Below, piece by piece: positions 1 through 11,335 of a DNA stretch of 64,000 bases. Numbering within the stretch: position 1 is the first letter of the stretch; every line of letters starts with the position of its first letter. Origin of the DNA: Candidatus Latescibacterota bacterium (GTDB taxonomy: Bacteria > Latescibacterota > UBA2968 > UBA8231); NCBI GenBank assembly GCA_965223905.1, contig CBDCXV010000011.1:2112001-2176000 (forward strand), given 5' to 3'. The notes below the pieces were generated by a model that saw only the letters and a program-made list of their open reading frames with translations, was not told where the DNA came from and did not search any database. A program made the position numbers and the translations under genes.

Positions 1-578
1 TGCGCGAAGCCGGCAGGGACTCGCTGGCCATCGCCGCGGACGTCACCGACCCGGCGCAGGTCGGCGACGCCTTCGCCAGGGTGCGCGAAGAGCTGGGAGA
101 GGTCGACGTGCTGATCAACCACGCCGGCAACGCCGCCTGGGGGGATTTCGACGGGCTGACCGCGGCGGAGTTCGAGCGCTCCTGGCGGGTCTGCGCCCTC
201 GGCTCCTTCCTGTGCAGCAAGGAGGCGGCAGGCCCGATGGCGGCGAGGGGTTCCGGGGCGATCCTGTTCACCGGGGCGACCTCGAGCATCCGCGGCCGCG
301 CGGGCGCCCTTGCCTTCAGCAGCGCCAAGTTCGCGGTGCGCGGGCTCGCCTGGTCGCTGGCGCGCGAGCTCTGGCCGCAGGGGGTGCATGTCGCCCACGT
401 CATCATCGACGGCCTGCTCGACACCCCGCAGCTGCGCGAGGCCGGCGTCGACGCCGACGAGCCGGTGATGGACACCGACGCGGTGGCCGAAACCTACTGG
501 AACCTGGCGAACCAGAAGCCCGGGGCCTGGGCCTTCGAGATCGACCTGCGGGCGCACCGGGAGGATTTCTTCGGCTGA
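1..578 (+). CDS. SDR-family oxidoreductase, 5' end outside the window
   Basis: Frame open from the window edge (AIAADVTD...VLINHAGN), ILFTGATSS, FSSAKFAVRGLA, GVHVAHVIIDG; GC-rich codon usage. Confidence 0.9.
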   Translation, partial: REAGRDSLAIAADVTDPAQVGDAFARVREELGEVDVLINHAGNAAWGDFDGLTAAEFERSWRVCALGSFLCSKEAAGPMAARGSGAILFTGATSSIRGRAGALAFSSAKFAVRGLAWSLARELWPQGVHVAHVIIDGLLDTPQLREAGVDADEPVMDTDAVAETYWNLANQKPGAWAFEIDLRAHREDFFG

Positions 579-726
579 GAGGGGGAGCCGTGGGTGTAGA
601 GGGAACGGGCGAAGGGAAACGAACCGGCCCCCCGAGGGTTGATAAAATGAGATGGAAAAACAGGGGGATGCTGCTGCGCCGCAGGCCCCCGGTCACGGCC
701 AACCTGAAAACCGGTCCGGTGCAAGG

Positions 727-991
727 ATGACGGAAAAAGAGGCGTTTCTCTTCGACCTGGGGGATACGTCCTCCTCGAGGGGTGCTCGATGGCGGCCAGA
801 TGCGGCGCGCCAACGAGGCGGTCGACCGCCACTCCGGGCTGATCCGCAACCGCGAGCCGGGGCTCTCCGGGGGCTCGGAGGCGCTGGCGGGGGATTCGGG
901 GCGCGGCGAGTTCCAGCGGTACCCGCTGACCTTCGAGCGCCCCCTCCCCCGCCGCACCGGCAGGACGGCGCTGGGATCGAACGGGCCATGA
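727..991 (+). pseudogene. Truncated, frameshifted N-terminus of a PhyH-like (phytanoyl-CoA dioxygenase family) protein
   Basis: Joining frames across two G-runs (~760 and ~780) gives MTEKEAFLFDLxGYVLLExVLDGGQMRRANEAVD, matching the FDLxGY-L-VL start of PhyH-family proteins; it ends at the next gene. Confidence 0.5.
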
Positions 992-1677
992 GCCCCCCTG
1001 CCGTCCAGGCGGTCCTCTTCGATCTCGACGACACGCTGATCGACTTCCAGTACTCGCGCCGTCACGGGCTGCGCACGGTCCAGGAGCTGCTGCCGGGGCT
1101 GGCGCCGGTTCCGCTCGAAGAGCTGGAGCTCGTCCACGACGAGGAGCTGCACGCCAACTACCTGCGCACCCTCGACGGCAGCCTGTCGGACGACGAGGCC
1201 CGCCTCGAGCGCATGCGCGGCATCTGCCGCCGCTACGGGGTGCAGGCGGACGAAAAGGCGGTAGCCGGGGCGGCGGGAGTCCCGGAGCTGCTCGAGGCCC
1301 TGCGGGGACGGGTGCGGATCGGCGTGGTCACCAACGGCCCCTCGGCGCGGCAGCGGGACAAGCTCGAGCTCTGCGACATACGCCCCGAGGATCTCGACGC
1401 CCTGGCGATTTCGGAGGAGGTGGGAGCGGCCAAGCCGGACCCGGCGATCTTCCGGCACGCACTCTCCGGGCTGGGCGTGGCCCCGGAGCAGGTGACGATG
1501 GTCGGGGATTCCTGGGAGAACGACGTCCTGGGCGCTCTGGGGAGCGGCATGGCCGCGGTCTGGCTCAACCGCTACGGGCGCGACTGTCCAGATCCTTCGC
1601 TCGCGGTCGAGATCCGGAGTCTCGAGCCGGTCGGGGATGTCCTGCGGGTTCTGGGAGTGCGGGCGAGCCGGGGTTGA
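988..1677 (+). CDS. HAD-superfamily hydrolase (YjjG/PynA-like)
   Basis: Motif I FDLDDTL, motif II VVTNG, KPDPAIF and MVGDSWENDV; ATG at 988 preferred over the 652 start. Confidence 0.88.
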   Translation: MSPPAVQAVLFDLDDTLIDFQYSRRHGLRTVQELLPGLAPVPLEELELVHDEELHANYLRTLDGSLSDDEARLERMRGICRRYGVQADEKAVAGAAGVPELLEALRGRVRIGVVTNGPSARQRDKLELCDIRPEDLDALAISEEVGAAKPDPAIFRHALSGLGVAPEQVTMVGDSWENDVLGALGSGMAAVWLNRYGRDCPDPSLAVEIRSLEPVGDVLRVLGVRASRG

Positions 1678-1707
1678 ACCGCTGCCGGGTCGGATTTCCC
1701 CCGGCCC

Positions 1708-2758
1708 CTACCCGTGGCGCGAGCGCAGCAGCTCCGCCCCCCGGCACATCGCCACCAGCTTCAGGTAGGCCTCGTCCCAGTCCATCGGGTTCTGCACCGA
1801 CGGCGAGAAGCCGCAGTCCGGATGCAGGACAATCCGCTCCTTGTCGACGTACTTCATCGCCTCCTCGACCCGCGACGCCACCAGCTCCGGGGTCTCGATC
1901 TCGCGGTCGCAGTGATCGATGCACCCGAGTCCGAGCCGGGCATCCTTCGAGAACGACGCCAGGCACTCCAGGCCGCCCGAGACCGGGGTGGCCAGCTCGA
2001 GCGAGACGACGTCCACGGCGATGCGGGCGAGCCCGGACATGACCGGGCCGAGCGCCCCCTCGCTGCCGTGCCGGTGGTCGAAGTGGGCGTGGCACAGGTG
2101 CAGGCCGGTGGTTATGCCGGTCAACCCCTTCGAGGGTGGCGTTGACGACCTCGACGCAGAGGTCGATCTCCGCCTCCATGTCGTCGATGCCGTCCTCCTC
2201 CCGCCGCGCCGGGTCTACGAGGACGCAGAGCCAGGGCTCGTCGAGCTGCACGGTGTCGGCCCCCGCCTCCTTCAGCAGCTCGATCTCCTGCCGCAGGATC
2301 GGGGCGCAGGCGCGCATCAGGTCGGAGGGGTGCGGGTAGGCCTCCCGCGAGTGCTCTTCGTGCCACATGCGGCGGCCGATCGTGTACGGCCCCGGGAGCG
2401 TCGCCTTGACGCGCCTGCCGGTGCGGCTCCTGAGAAAGCCGACCTCTTCGGCGGCGATCGGGCGGTAGTACTCGACCGGCTCGACAACGGCCGGATACGG
2501 GAGTCCGCTGACGGTGAGGTCCGGCCGGAAGCCGCGCACGCGCTCGGCGAACACCTTGACGTAGCTCTCGCGCCGCCATTCGCCGTCGGTAATCTCGTCG
2601 AGGCCGGCCCGTTCCTGCAGCAGGATCGCCGATTCGATGGCGCGGTCGAGAATGCCGTCGGCCTCGGCCTCCGACAGGGCTCCCGCCTTTCTTTCGAGAA
2701 TGAGCTGCCGCACCCATTCCGGCCTGGGCAGACTGCCGATTACCGTGGTTGGGAACAT
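1708..2758 (-). pseudogene. Cobalamin-independent methionine synthase II (MetE C-terminal-like) family, one frameshift
   Basis: MFPTTVIGSLPRP, TDGEWRR, QLDEP, then HLCH...SLE...HPDCGF in another frame; a 1-nt insertion near 2119 (LEGVD/GITTGLHLC) joins the halves. Confidence 0.85.
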
Positions 2759-2848
2759 GCCGACCTCCCGGCTGGATCGTCGATTGACTGCGTTTCGGTT
2801 GCGCATATAGTAAGCCGGCACCGGAAGGGGATAAACGGAGGGACCTCC

Positions 2849-3658
2849 ATGGGGGACAGACTGAAAGACAAGGTTGCCATCGTCTGCGGCGCCGGTTCCA
2901 TCGGCCCGGGATGGGGCAACGGCAAGGCCGCGGCGGTGCTGTTCGCGCGCGAGGGGGCCAGGGTGCTCGCCGTCGACGTCGAGCCGGAGGCGGCCGCGGA
3001 GACCGCGGGAATCATCGCCGCCGAAGGGGGGGAGTGCCGCGTCGCCGGGTGCGACGTGTCGAAGGGGGCCGAGGTCGAGGCCATGGTCGCCCGCTGCATC
3101 GAGCTGTACGGGCGCGTCGACGTTCTCCACAACAACGTCGGCATCGTGCGGCTCGGCGGCCCGGTGGAAAGCAGCGAGGAGGACTGGGACCTGGTCTGCG
3201 ACGTCAACCTCAAGTCCGTCTTCCTCACCTGCAAGAGCGTGCTGCCCCACATGGAGCGCCAGGGAGGCGGCACCATCGTCAACGTCGCCTCGATCTCCGG
3301 CATCCGCTGGCTCGGCGTCCCCTACATTTCCTACAGCGCCACCAAGGCCGCGGTGATCCAGTTCAGCCAGTCGGTCGCCCTGCAGTACGCGGCGCGCAAC
3401 ATCCGCTGCAACAGCATCCTCCCCGGCCTGATGGACACGCCGATGGCGCGCAAGTCGGTCGCCGAGGCGTACTCGGGCGGGGACGTCGAGAAGATGATCG
3501 CGATCAGGGACGCGCAGGTGCCGATGGGCCGGCAGGGGGACGCCTGGGACGTCGCCTACGCCGCCCTCTTCCTCGCCTCGGACGAGGCGAAGTACGTCAC
3601 CGGCACCCAGCTGGTCGTCGACGGCGGCTTCACCTGCAGCGCCGTCTCCCCCCGGTGA
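2849..3658 (+). CDS. SDR-family NAD(P)-dependent oxidoreductase
   Basis: GAGSIGPGWGNG, NNVG, YSATK, YVTGTQLVVDGG; RBS GGAGG upstream. Confidence 0.93.
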   Translation: MGDRLKDKVAIVCGAGSIGPGWGNGKAAAVLFAREGARVLAVDVEPEAAAETAGIIAAEGGECRVAGCDVSKGAEVEAMVARCIELYGRVDVLHNNVGIVRLGGPVESSEEDWDLVCDVNLKSVFLTCKSVLPHMERQGGGTIVNVASISGIRWLGVPYISYSATKAAVIQFSQSVALQYAARNIRCNSILPGLMDTPMARKSVAEAYSGGDVEKMIAIRDAQVPMGRQGDAWDVAYAALFLASDEAKYVTGTQLVVDGGFTCSAVSPR

Positions 3659-3724
3659 TCCGCGTCGCCGGCGCTGCGGCGGCCGCACGAATCCGGGGAA
3701 ACCCGCACTGAGAAAGAGAAGGGA

Positions 3725-4723
3725 ATGCGAAACCTACTACTGCCGATCCTGGCTGCGGCCGCCTTCCTGGCCGGCTGCGGCCGCGGCGGCCCGGAAGAAG
3801 AAAGCCGCCTGAAAGTCGGCTACATCGTCAACTTCATGTCGCACGAGTGGTACCAGAACATCTGTGCCGCGGCGCAAGCGCGCGCCGATGAGCTCGGGGT
3901 CGATCTCGTCATCGCCGACGCCAACCTCGACATCGCCGCGCAGATCTCCAAGGCGGAGAACATGATCGCCCAGGGGGTCGACGTGCTGGCCCTTACCCCG
4001 GTCGACGCCAAAGCCCTCGGCGTCGTCATCGAGCAGGCCCGCGCCCGGGGCATCCGAGTGCTGACCGAATCGAACCCGGCCGTCCGCGCCGAGACCTACG
4101 TCGGCATCGACAACCTGGCGGCCGGGCGCAAGGCGGGGGACTGGTTCGTCGAGCACGTCGTCGAAACCGGGATCGATCCGAAAATCCTCGTCGTCGGCCA
4201 CCCTAACTTCGAGGACAGCCGGCACCGGGTCGACGGGTTCGTATCCGCCCTGGACGAAGCCGGCCTCTCCGGGGCGGTGGTCCAGGAAGTCGACGGTCAG
4301 GGCCTCAAGGAGAAGGCGTTCAAGGTGGCCCAGGACGCCTTGACCGCCCATCCGGAAGTCAACGTCCTCTTCGGGGTCAACGACGATTCGACCACCGGCG
4401 CCATGGCCGCCTACCGCGCCGCCGGCCTCGACGAGAGCGAGCTCCTGGCGATAGGCTTCGGGTTCGAGGGCTCGGTGGGACGCACCGCCCTGCTGGGGGA
4501 CACCCCGTACAAGGCGGCGCTGGCGATGTTCCCGCATTTCGTCGGCATCTCGATCGTCGACGCCGCCATCAGCCTCGCCGCCGGCGATACCCTGCCGGCG
4601 CATTACGAGACCCCCACCATAGTGATCACGCGCGCCAACTTCTCGCAGTTCTACGGCGGCCCCGAGAAGGGCTACCCGATGAAGATCGAGGCGGTGCGCC
4701 AGTTGATGGCCGCTTCACCTTAG
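3725..4723 (+). CDS. Sugar ABC transporter substrate-binding lipoprotein (RbsB-like)
   Basis: Lipobox FLAGC, YVGIDNLAAG, FGVNDD; first gene of an SBP-permease-ATPase operon. Confidence 0.9.
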   Translation: MRNLLLPILAAAAFLAGCGRGGPEEESRLKVGYIVNFMSHEWYQNICAAAQARADELGVDLVIADANLDIAAQISKAENMIAQGVDVLALTPVDAKALGVVIEQARARGIRVLTESNPAVRAETYVGIDNLAAGRKAGDWFVEHVVETGIDPKILVVGHPNFEDSRHRVDGFVSALDEAGLSGAVVQEVDGQGLKEKAFKVAQDALTAHPEVNVLFGVNDDSTTGAMAAYRAAGLDESELLAIGFGFEGSVGRTALLGDTPYKAALAMFPHFVGISIVDAAISLAAGDTLPAHYETPTIVITRANFSQFYGGPEKGYPMKIEAVRQLMAASP

Positions 4724-4742
4724 TCCGCAGCGCTGCCCGATA

Positions 4743-5711
4743 ATGCCGAACTTGCCGTCGCGCCTGCTGCAGAGCGAGCAGGCCGGCCTGCTGATCGCCC
4801 TGCTGCTCCTGTGCGCCGTCATCGCCGCGCTGTCGCCGGTCTTCCTGACGGTGGCCAACGTCACCAACATCCTGCGCGACGCCTCGCTGGTGGCGATCGC
4901 CGGCATCGGCATGGCCCTGATCATCCTGCAGGGGGAGATCGACCTCAGCGTCGGCTCGACCCAGGCGGTCGCCGGCATCCTCGCGGTCCTCGTCCTCAAC
5001 GGCAGCGGCAGCATCGCCCTGGCCTTCGCCGCGGCCTTGTGCCTCGGGGCAGGCTGCGGAGTCGCCAACGGCCTGCTCGTCACCCGCGCCGGTATCAGCT
5101 CGCTGATCGCCACCCTGGGGATGATGGCGATCCTGCGCGGCGGCGCCATGGTGTCGACGCAGGCGGTCTCCATACAGGCGGAGATCCCCGGCTTCAGCGA
5201 CATCGGCACCGGCCACCTCGGCCCCCTGCCGCTGCCGGTCGCGGTCGCCGCCTTCTTCTTCGCCCTCTTCTACTTCATCCTGCACCACACCCCCTTCGGC
5301 CGCTACATCTACGCCGTCGGCGGCAACGCCGAGGCCGCCCGCCTCGCCGGCCTTCCGGTCGAGCGGATCAAGGTGACGGTGTTCGCCATCGGCGGGGCCA
5401 TGGCCGCGATCAGCGCCTTCATCCTCGCCTCGCGCCTCAACTCCGGGCAGCCCAACGCCGGGCTCGGCTTCGAGCTGCAGGTGATCGCCGCGGTCGTGCT
5501 CGGGGGCGTCAGCCTGACCGGGGGCGTCGGGTCGCTCGCCGGGGCGATCCTCGGCATCCTCATCCTCACGGTGCTGAACAACGGCCTCGTGCTGCTCAAC
5601 GTCTCCTCCTTCTACCACGACATCGCCCGCGGCCTCGTCATCATCCTCGCCGTGTACCTCGACCGCCGCCGCCGCGATTCGGTCCTGCGCCGGCTGCTGG
5701 CGAACCCGTGA
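4743..5711 (+). CDS. Sugar ABC transporter permease (RbsC-like)
   Basis: GEIDLSVGS, TPFGRYIYAVGGNAEAARLAG, ELQVIAAVVLGG. Confidence 0.95.
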   Translation: MPNLPSRLLQSEQAGLLIALLLLCAVIAALSPVFLTVANVTNILRDASLVAIAGIGMALIILQGEIDLSVGSTQAVAGILAVLVLNGSGSIALAFAAALCLGAGCGVANGLLVTRAGISSLIATLGMMAILRGGAMVSTQAVSIQAEIPGFSDIGTGHLGPLPLPVAVAAFFFALFYFILHHTPFGRYIYAVGGNAEAARLAGLPVERIKVTVFAIGGAMAAISAFILASRLNSGQPNAGLGFELQVIAAVVLGGVSLTGGVGSLAGAILGILILTVLNNGLVLLNVSSFYHDIARGLVIILAVYLDRRRRDSVLRRLLANP

Positions 5712-7204
5712 CCTCCCCGGCCCGGAACGGCGAAGCGCTCCTCGACCTGCGCGGGATCGGCAAGCGCTTCCCCGGGGTGCAGGCCCTGGCGGAGGTCGAC
5801 TTCGATCTGCGCCGGGGGGAGGTTCACTCCATCGTCGGCGAGAACGGGGCGGGCAAATCGACGCTGATCAAGATCCTCACCGGGGTGCACCAGCCGGACG
5901 CAGGCTCGTATGCCATCGACGGCCGCCCGGCCGCCGCGGACAGTCCGCGAGCGGCGATCGCCGCCGGGATCAGCGTCGTCTACCAGGAGCCGAAGCTGGT
6001 GCCCACCCTGTCGGTGGCGGAGAACATCTTCTTCGGCCGGCTCCCTTCGCGCCGGGGGCGGGTCGCCTGGCGGCGCCTGCACGAAGAGGCGGCCGCGGCC
6101 CTCGACCAGGTCGGCCTGAGGCTCGACCCGCGGCGGCAGGTCCGGCACCTCGGCATCGGCGAGCAGCAGCTCGTCGAGGTGGCGCAGGCGCTGACGCAGT
6201 CGGCCCGGGTCCTCATTCTCGACGAACCCACCTCCGCCCTCAGCCCGCGCGAGATCGAGCGGCTGTTCGCGCTGATCCGGCGGCTGAAGCAGGAGGGGGT
6301 GGCGATCGTGTACGTGTCGCACAAGCTCGAGGAGATCCTCGCGCTCTCCGACCGGGTCAGCGTGCTGCGGGACGGCAGACTGGTGCGCACCGCCCCGGTG
6401 GAGGAGCTCGACGGCGAACGGCTGATCTCCCTCATGGTGGGACGGCCGCTCGAATCCGAGGGGGCGCCCGCGCCGGCCGGCAGCGGCGTGGTCGCCCTCG
6501 AGGTGCGGAACCTGTCGACCGCCCGGGTGCGGGACGTCAGCTTCCGCGCGCACCGAGGGGAGATCGTCGGCTTCTCCGGGCTGATGGGGGCCGGCCGCAC
6601 CGAGCTCGCCCGCGCCGTCCTGGGTGCCGACCGGCGCCACCAGGGGGAGATCGAGGTAGTCGGGCACCGGCTGCTCCCCGACTCGACCGCGGCGGCCCGG
6701 CGCCTGGGGGTCGGACTGGTCCCCGAGGACCGCCGCGGCGGAGGGCTCTTCCCGGAGCAGCCGGTGCTGCACAACATGACCGTCGCCGCTCTCGACCGCT
6801 TCTGCAGCCGCGGAGTCATCAGCCCGTCCCGGGAGCGGGCCGCGGCCGCGGCCTTCGTCGAGGAGCTGTCGATCCGCACCCCTTCGCTGCGGCAGCGGAT
6901 CGCCGTGCTCAGCGGCGGCAACCAGCAGAAGGTCCTGGTGGCGCGCTGGCTGCTCAAGCAGAACCTCGAGGTGCTGTTCGTCGACGAGCCGACCCGGGGC
7001 ATCGACGTCCGCGCCCGCTTCGCCATCTACCGCCTGCTGCGGGAAATGGCGAACCGGGGACTGGCGGTGATCGTCATCTCCTCGGAGATCCCCGAGCTGC
7101 TGCGGCTGTGCAACCGCATCTACGTGATGAAGGGGGGATGCATTGTCGGTGAGCTTCCCGGGGCCGGCACCACCCCGGAGGAGTTGCTGGCGAGGGCCAT
7201 ATGA
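5708..7204 (+). CDS. Sugar ABC transporter ATP-binding protein (RbsA-like, two ABC domains)
   Basis: GENGAGKSTL, LDEPT, LSGGNQQKV, DEPTRGID; GTG start overlaps the permease stop. Confidence 0.95.
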   Translation: MTSPARNGEALLDLRGIGKRFPGVQALAEVDFDLRRGEVHSIVGENGAGKSTLIKILTGVHQPDAGSYAIDGRPAAADSPRAAIAAGISVVYQEPKLVPTLSVAENIFFGRLPSRRGRVAWRRLHEEAAAALDQVGLRLDPRRQVRHLGIGEQQLVEVAQALTQSARVLILDEPTSALSPREIERLFALIRRLKQEGVAIVYVSHKLEEILALSDRVSVLRDGRLVRTAPVEELDGERLISLMVGRPLESEGAPAPAGSGVVALEVRNLSTARVRDVSFRAHRGEIVGFSGLMGAGRTELARAVLGADRRHQGEIEVVGHRLLPDSTAAARRLGVGLVPEDRRGGGLFPEQPVLHNMTVAALDRFCSRGVISPSRERAAAAAFVEELSIRTPSLRQRIAVLSGGNQQKVLVARWLLKQNLEVLFVDEPTRGIDVRARFAIYRLLREMANRGLAVIVISSEIPELLRLCNRIYVMKGGCIVGELPGAGTTPEELLARAI

Positions 7205-7247
7205 AGATCCGCGGGGGGACCAAAAAGGCGGTGGAAGGAGGTATTCC

Positions 7248-8453
7248 GTGAATCGATTCCTGCATGAGGCAGCTTCGTACGGAGGGTTCTGTCTGGTTGC
7301 GGCGGTAGCCCTCCTCGTCAAGGGTCAACCTGTCGATGCAACACCAGAGAGCAGGGCCACGGCACTGTTCCTGCTGATCTCGCCTTCCGTGCGCGTCAAC
7401 GGGATGGGGCAGGCGGGAGTCGCTCTCGCGGACGAGCCGGCGAGTTACTACAACCCCGCGGCCGCTGCTCTCTCCTCTCCTGCGCACAGCTTCCAGGGCC
7501 GCTTCTACCTGCGCGAGATGCCGTGGCTTCCGCGTTGGCCCGACGACAAGACCTACAGCCACCGGGCCGCCCAGATCGCGGGAGGGCGGGTGTTCGACAG
7601 CCTGTCCTGGCGGGGGCCGACCAGGCTTCGAGCGGCCTTCTACGGATACCGCACGAAGGTGGATTTGGGACGATCACTACGGCACAATGAAAGAGGCGAG
7701 GTGATCGGTTCTTTCACCTTTGCAGAGGCATCCGAAAACGTCGGCGTCAGCTTGGCGTTGAGGTCCGTTGTGGAGGTAGGAATCGGTGCGGTCTCAAAGC
7801 GCATCTCATCCAGGCTGGGCGATGCAAAAGGAGCTGCCGATGCCTACGACTTCGGTCTCATGGCGGTAGTACCGATGACCGGGGCGCTCAAGCGCCTCTC
7901 CGGGCGGGAGCTTGCACTGAATCGCCACTTGCGGGTGCAACTCGACATCGGATTCGGCGTCTCCTGGCAGAATCGCGGCGAAAGAATGGACTACACCGAT
8001 GCGATGCATGCGGATCCTCTGCCGGCGAACAGGCGGCACGGATGGTCCGCCGTCCTGGCAATCGACCGGAACTCCGAATCCCTCGGTCTTCCTTTGGGGA
8101 GAATGACGTTCTCCAGGGAGACGTACCGTCCCCAGGTGGAGGGCACCCAGGTAACGAGTCGTGCCGAGGACGACAAGTGGGGAGTCGAGATCTCGTTTCT
8201 GGAGACGATCTCTGTGCGGCGGGGGAAGCACGACGATTTCGATGGTGAGGTTCACCTGAAGACTTCGGGGGGAACCATCCAGTCCGACGGTCTCTTCAGG
8301 TACATGGCACACCACCTGGAAAGCAGACCGCCCGGCTCCAGGCGGGATGGGCTTCTTTTCCTCCTCAGGCGCCTGTCGATAAGCTGGTCCTGGTTCGAGT
8401 ACGACCCGGACTGGCCGGCCCAAGGCCACTCCTATCTCGGCCTGTCCTTCTGA
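7248..8453 (+). CDS. PorV/PorQ-family outer-membrane beta-barrel protein
   Basis: Signal peptide followed by the family-typical FLLISPSVRVNGMGQAGVALAD...YYNPA; C-terminal YLGLSF barrel signature. Confidence 0.75.
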   Translation: MNRFLHEAASYGGFCLVAAVALLVKGQPVDATPESRATALFLLISPSVRVNGMGQAGVALADEPASYYNPAAAALSSPAHSFQGRFYLREMPWLPRWPDDKTYSHRAAQIAGGRVFDSLSWRGPTRLRAAFYGYRTKVDLGRSLRHNERGEVIGSFTFAEASENVGVSLALRSVVEVGIGAVSKRISSRLGDAKGAADAYDFGLMAVVPMTGALKRLSGRELALNRHLRVQLDIGFGVSWQNRGERMDYTDAMHADPLPANRRHGWSAVLAIDRNSESLGLPLGRMTFSRETYRPQVEGTQVTSRAEDDKWGVEISFLETISVRRGKHDDFDGEVHLKTSGGTIQSDGLFRYMAHHLESRPPGSRRDGLLFLLRRLSISWSWFEYDPDWPAQGHSYLGLSF

Positions 8454-8500
8454 CCTGCGAATTCCTGCATCTGCGAGTGCTCAGTACGCGGTTCCACTTG

Positions 8501-11134
8501 TTATCCGCCCAGGTATACAGCCTTCCGCACCGCTTCCAGCCGCTCCCCAAGGTATAGAGCGATGAAGTAGACCCCGGCCCCTCTTCCCCGGGGATTCCAG
8601 GTGAAGTGGCTGATGCCGTTGGCCAGGACTTCATCCGCCAGTATCTCCTCCATCTGGCCTATGGCGTTGTATACTTTGATTGTAGCGGGCGTCCTATCCG
8701 CCAGGTCGAGCTCGAGCCGAACCGTGGAGACAAATGGATTGGGAATCGCCCCTGACAGGGTAAAGCGCACAAAATCGTTGGTTCCGCGAGGTTCGTACGC
8801 GCTGTTTACCCGGCCCGGAGTTCCCCCCGGGGAGATGGAAGCCAGCCAATTCATGGTTCGGAATTATCCAGCTCATAGTGGCGCAATTCCAGCGTGGGAC
8901 CGTCGCCGTCCGCCTCCTCCGGCCACGGACTCCTATCTCCATAGACGATGGAGTCGACCTGTAATCCATGGCGGTCGAACAGGCGAACAAGCTCTCCGCT
9001 GTTCCTCAATCCGAAATCGAAGTCTCCGATGCATGTGGTTCCCGAGAACCATTCCAGGGCCTTGCCATCCTGGCACAACACGAGAAATCCGCGCGGCTCG
9101 ACAAGCGTCCCTTCGGGCAACACGAAGGAATGCCGAATATTCCCGTCCTGAAAATTCCAACTTGAAAGATCGGCGAAAAAATCATTGGGATTGTATAATT
9201 CGACCCAATCTCCCGTATCCAGTTCATCCGCCGAGTGATAATTTATCTCGTTAATTACAATCGCTGGCGAAGTCACGTCTACAGGGCTGTAGGTTTCGTT
9301 GACCCGGGCAGCCATTTCCGTCAGTGCCGGGGTCAGCAATTTCATCGTGTCACCAGGGGCAATTTCGAAAAAGATATTTCCAATTACAGGAGAGTCGGGA
9401 AACAGGCCGCTGGCGGCGTCCCTGTTGGAAGAAAGTATCAAGCTTTCACCTGCGGCAATTTTCGTCTCGGGTGGAAAAATGAAACGGTTGAAGTATTCCC
9501 CGGATTCGAAACCGCAGTAGGACAGGTCCAATTGCAACTCACCGGTATTGATTATTTCAATGAAATACCCATCCCGTACCCTGTAAACGTCTCCAATCCG
9601 CAGCCGTCTGTACTCCTCGATACCGGCGTGATTCACATTCAAGGCGTACGTCTTCGTCGCCTTGTAATTTTATGTAGAATAACCCGTTTTGAGGGTAGCT
9701 GTAGTCTCCGGATCTGAAAGCATAGGGGACGAGTCCAGTGTAGTTTTTCGGTAGCACGAGGCGGTTGCCGTACACGAGGTCCCCGGCCTGTAGATCATCG
9801 TGTTTTCCGTCGTCGAACAGGAAGAGTTTCTTGACTGTGATTTCTTCTCCCCAGGTCTCGAAGGAGGATAGATCTGGAATATATTCGACCACTACCGACT
9901 GGGGTTGGGGCGAAGTAGCCCGAAATACCACCCCCCGATCGTCGGCCTCAGGGGAGGGAAACGGATTTGAGCAGTACAAGTTCGATAGGGGACTCTTTTC
10001 GAAAAAGGAAAAATCCGTCAGGAACGATCTCCTCGCGGCCAAGAAGCCTTTTAAACGGGAGATCTCATTGTCGAATTCGGAGGTTGTGCCAATCTTGGCT
10101 TTGTCCAGGTACACGTCCGACCTGATCAACTCGTAAGTTGAGTCGATCTGAGCCTCTACGGCGCGGAACCCCTGGTCGATGACGATTCCGACCTTTTTCC
10201 AGAACGACTCGCGCCAAGTTTCGTATTCCATCAACCTCTGAAATAGGAGGTGGTATCGAAAATGGGAGTGCTGAAAGACAGTCTCAAGCTCCGCACGGTA
10301 TTCCCCGGACCAGTGATTCCCGAAAGAAGCATCGTGATCCCAGGGCATTACTTGCTCCAGGCGCCCACGCGGGTCGAAATAGAGCAAGGTATTCTTCGTC
10401 ACTGCGTCCATATTGGAGATGGCATATGTGACTGCGTAGTATCGAAGGACACTCTCTACATTGACAATGGAGGGAATTTTCTCTTCAAAGTCCTCGTGCG
10501 TCAGATATAGGAGCTGATTGAACAGGCGCTGCAAATCGGTGTAGTTGGATTCATCCCCTGCCTTCTTGTTCCAGGAAGAAAGGTAGTTATCGTACTCCAG
10601 CAACGGCGCTGTACTGCCTCCGTGATCCTCGGATTTGTAGAGACTTCCGAGCTCATACTCGTAGCGACTCAGGAAGTCTTTGTTCGGCTCCTCTACCTGG
10701 ACAAAGACGCCCATAAAGTCGTCGTTGACGATCAGACTGACGTGGTTGGTATTCGGGGCCGGATGGCCGAGGAATTGAAACAGCTTCATGGTCAGGACGT
10801 TGCGCATCAATGAAAGATCAGTGTATTCCGCATTAAGATTGACCTCTCTTGCTCCGATGGGATTTGAGCGATCCTCAAACCAGATTTTCCAACTTTTCTT
10901 TCGGTACTCACGGGCCGTGGCACCACGGAATCGAACTTGGCACTCTCGAGACTGTCCGGCGAAGGTGAATCGGGCGGGATAGCGGACGTCGCTGCGTGGT
11001 GCCTTATAAAGTGAACTCAGGTCGTCGGGATCGACGGTCAGGCGATATGCAGGCAGTTCGAGCCGTTGATCCTGGGCCTGCAGGAAGGGTGCATGAATAA
11101 CCACCAGGAAAAAAACGGGAGCCAGCGACCTCAT
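8501..11134 (-). pseudogene. Secreted CotH-kinase + lamin-tail domains + C-terminal sorting tail, split by two single-base frameshifts
   Basis: Signal peptide; CotH motifs RFRGATAR..KKSWKI, NLNAEYTD.SLMRN, MPWDHDASFG; LTD INEINY..DWVELYN; tail PNPF...KAVYLGG; indels at an A-run (~9668) and a C-run (~8855) rejoin ORFs 9557-11215, 8851-9642 and 8501-8854. Confidence 0.85.
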
Positions 11135-11335
11135 TTCCAGAAAACCTTTACAGAGGATCCGAAGGGCGACCCGGACCGCCCCTGCCGTCCCGGCGAAGGG
11201 CGCCAAGTCCTGCACGCAAGTCGCTGCGACGCGCTGGGCCTCCCCGTCCTCCGAAAGGCCGGTGATCGATCAAGGCCTGAGAGATGGCCGTGCAGGGGAA
11301 ACAGGCCGGCAAAGGGAAGGGAATCGGTAGAGGCC

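Noticed and set aside
652-987. N-terminal extension of the HAD hydrolase
   Set aside because: It overlays the frameshifted PhyH-like remnant; HAD motif I follows the ATG at 988
1250-1290. Possible short in-frame deletion in the HAD cap domain (KAVAGAA/GVPELL)
   Set aside because: Cap length varies in this family; cannot be supported without an alignment
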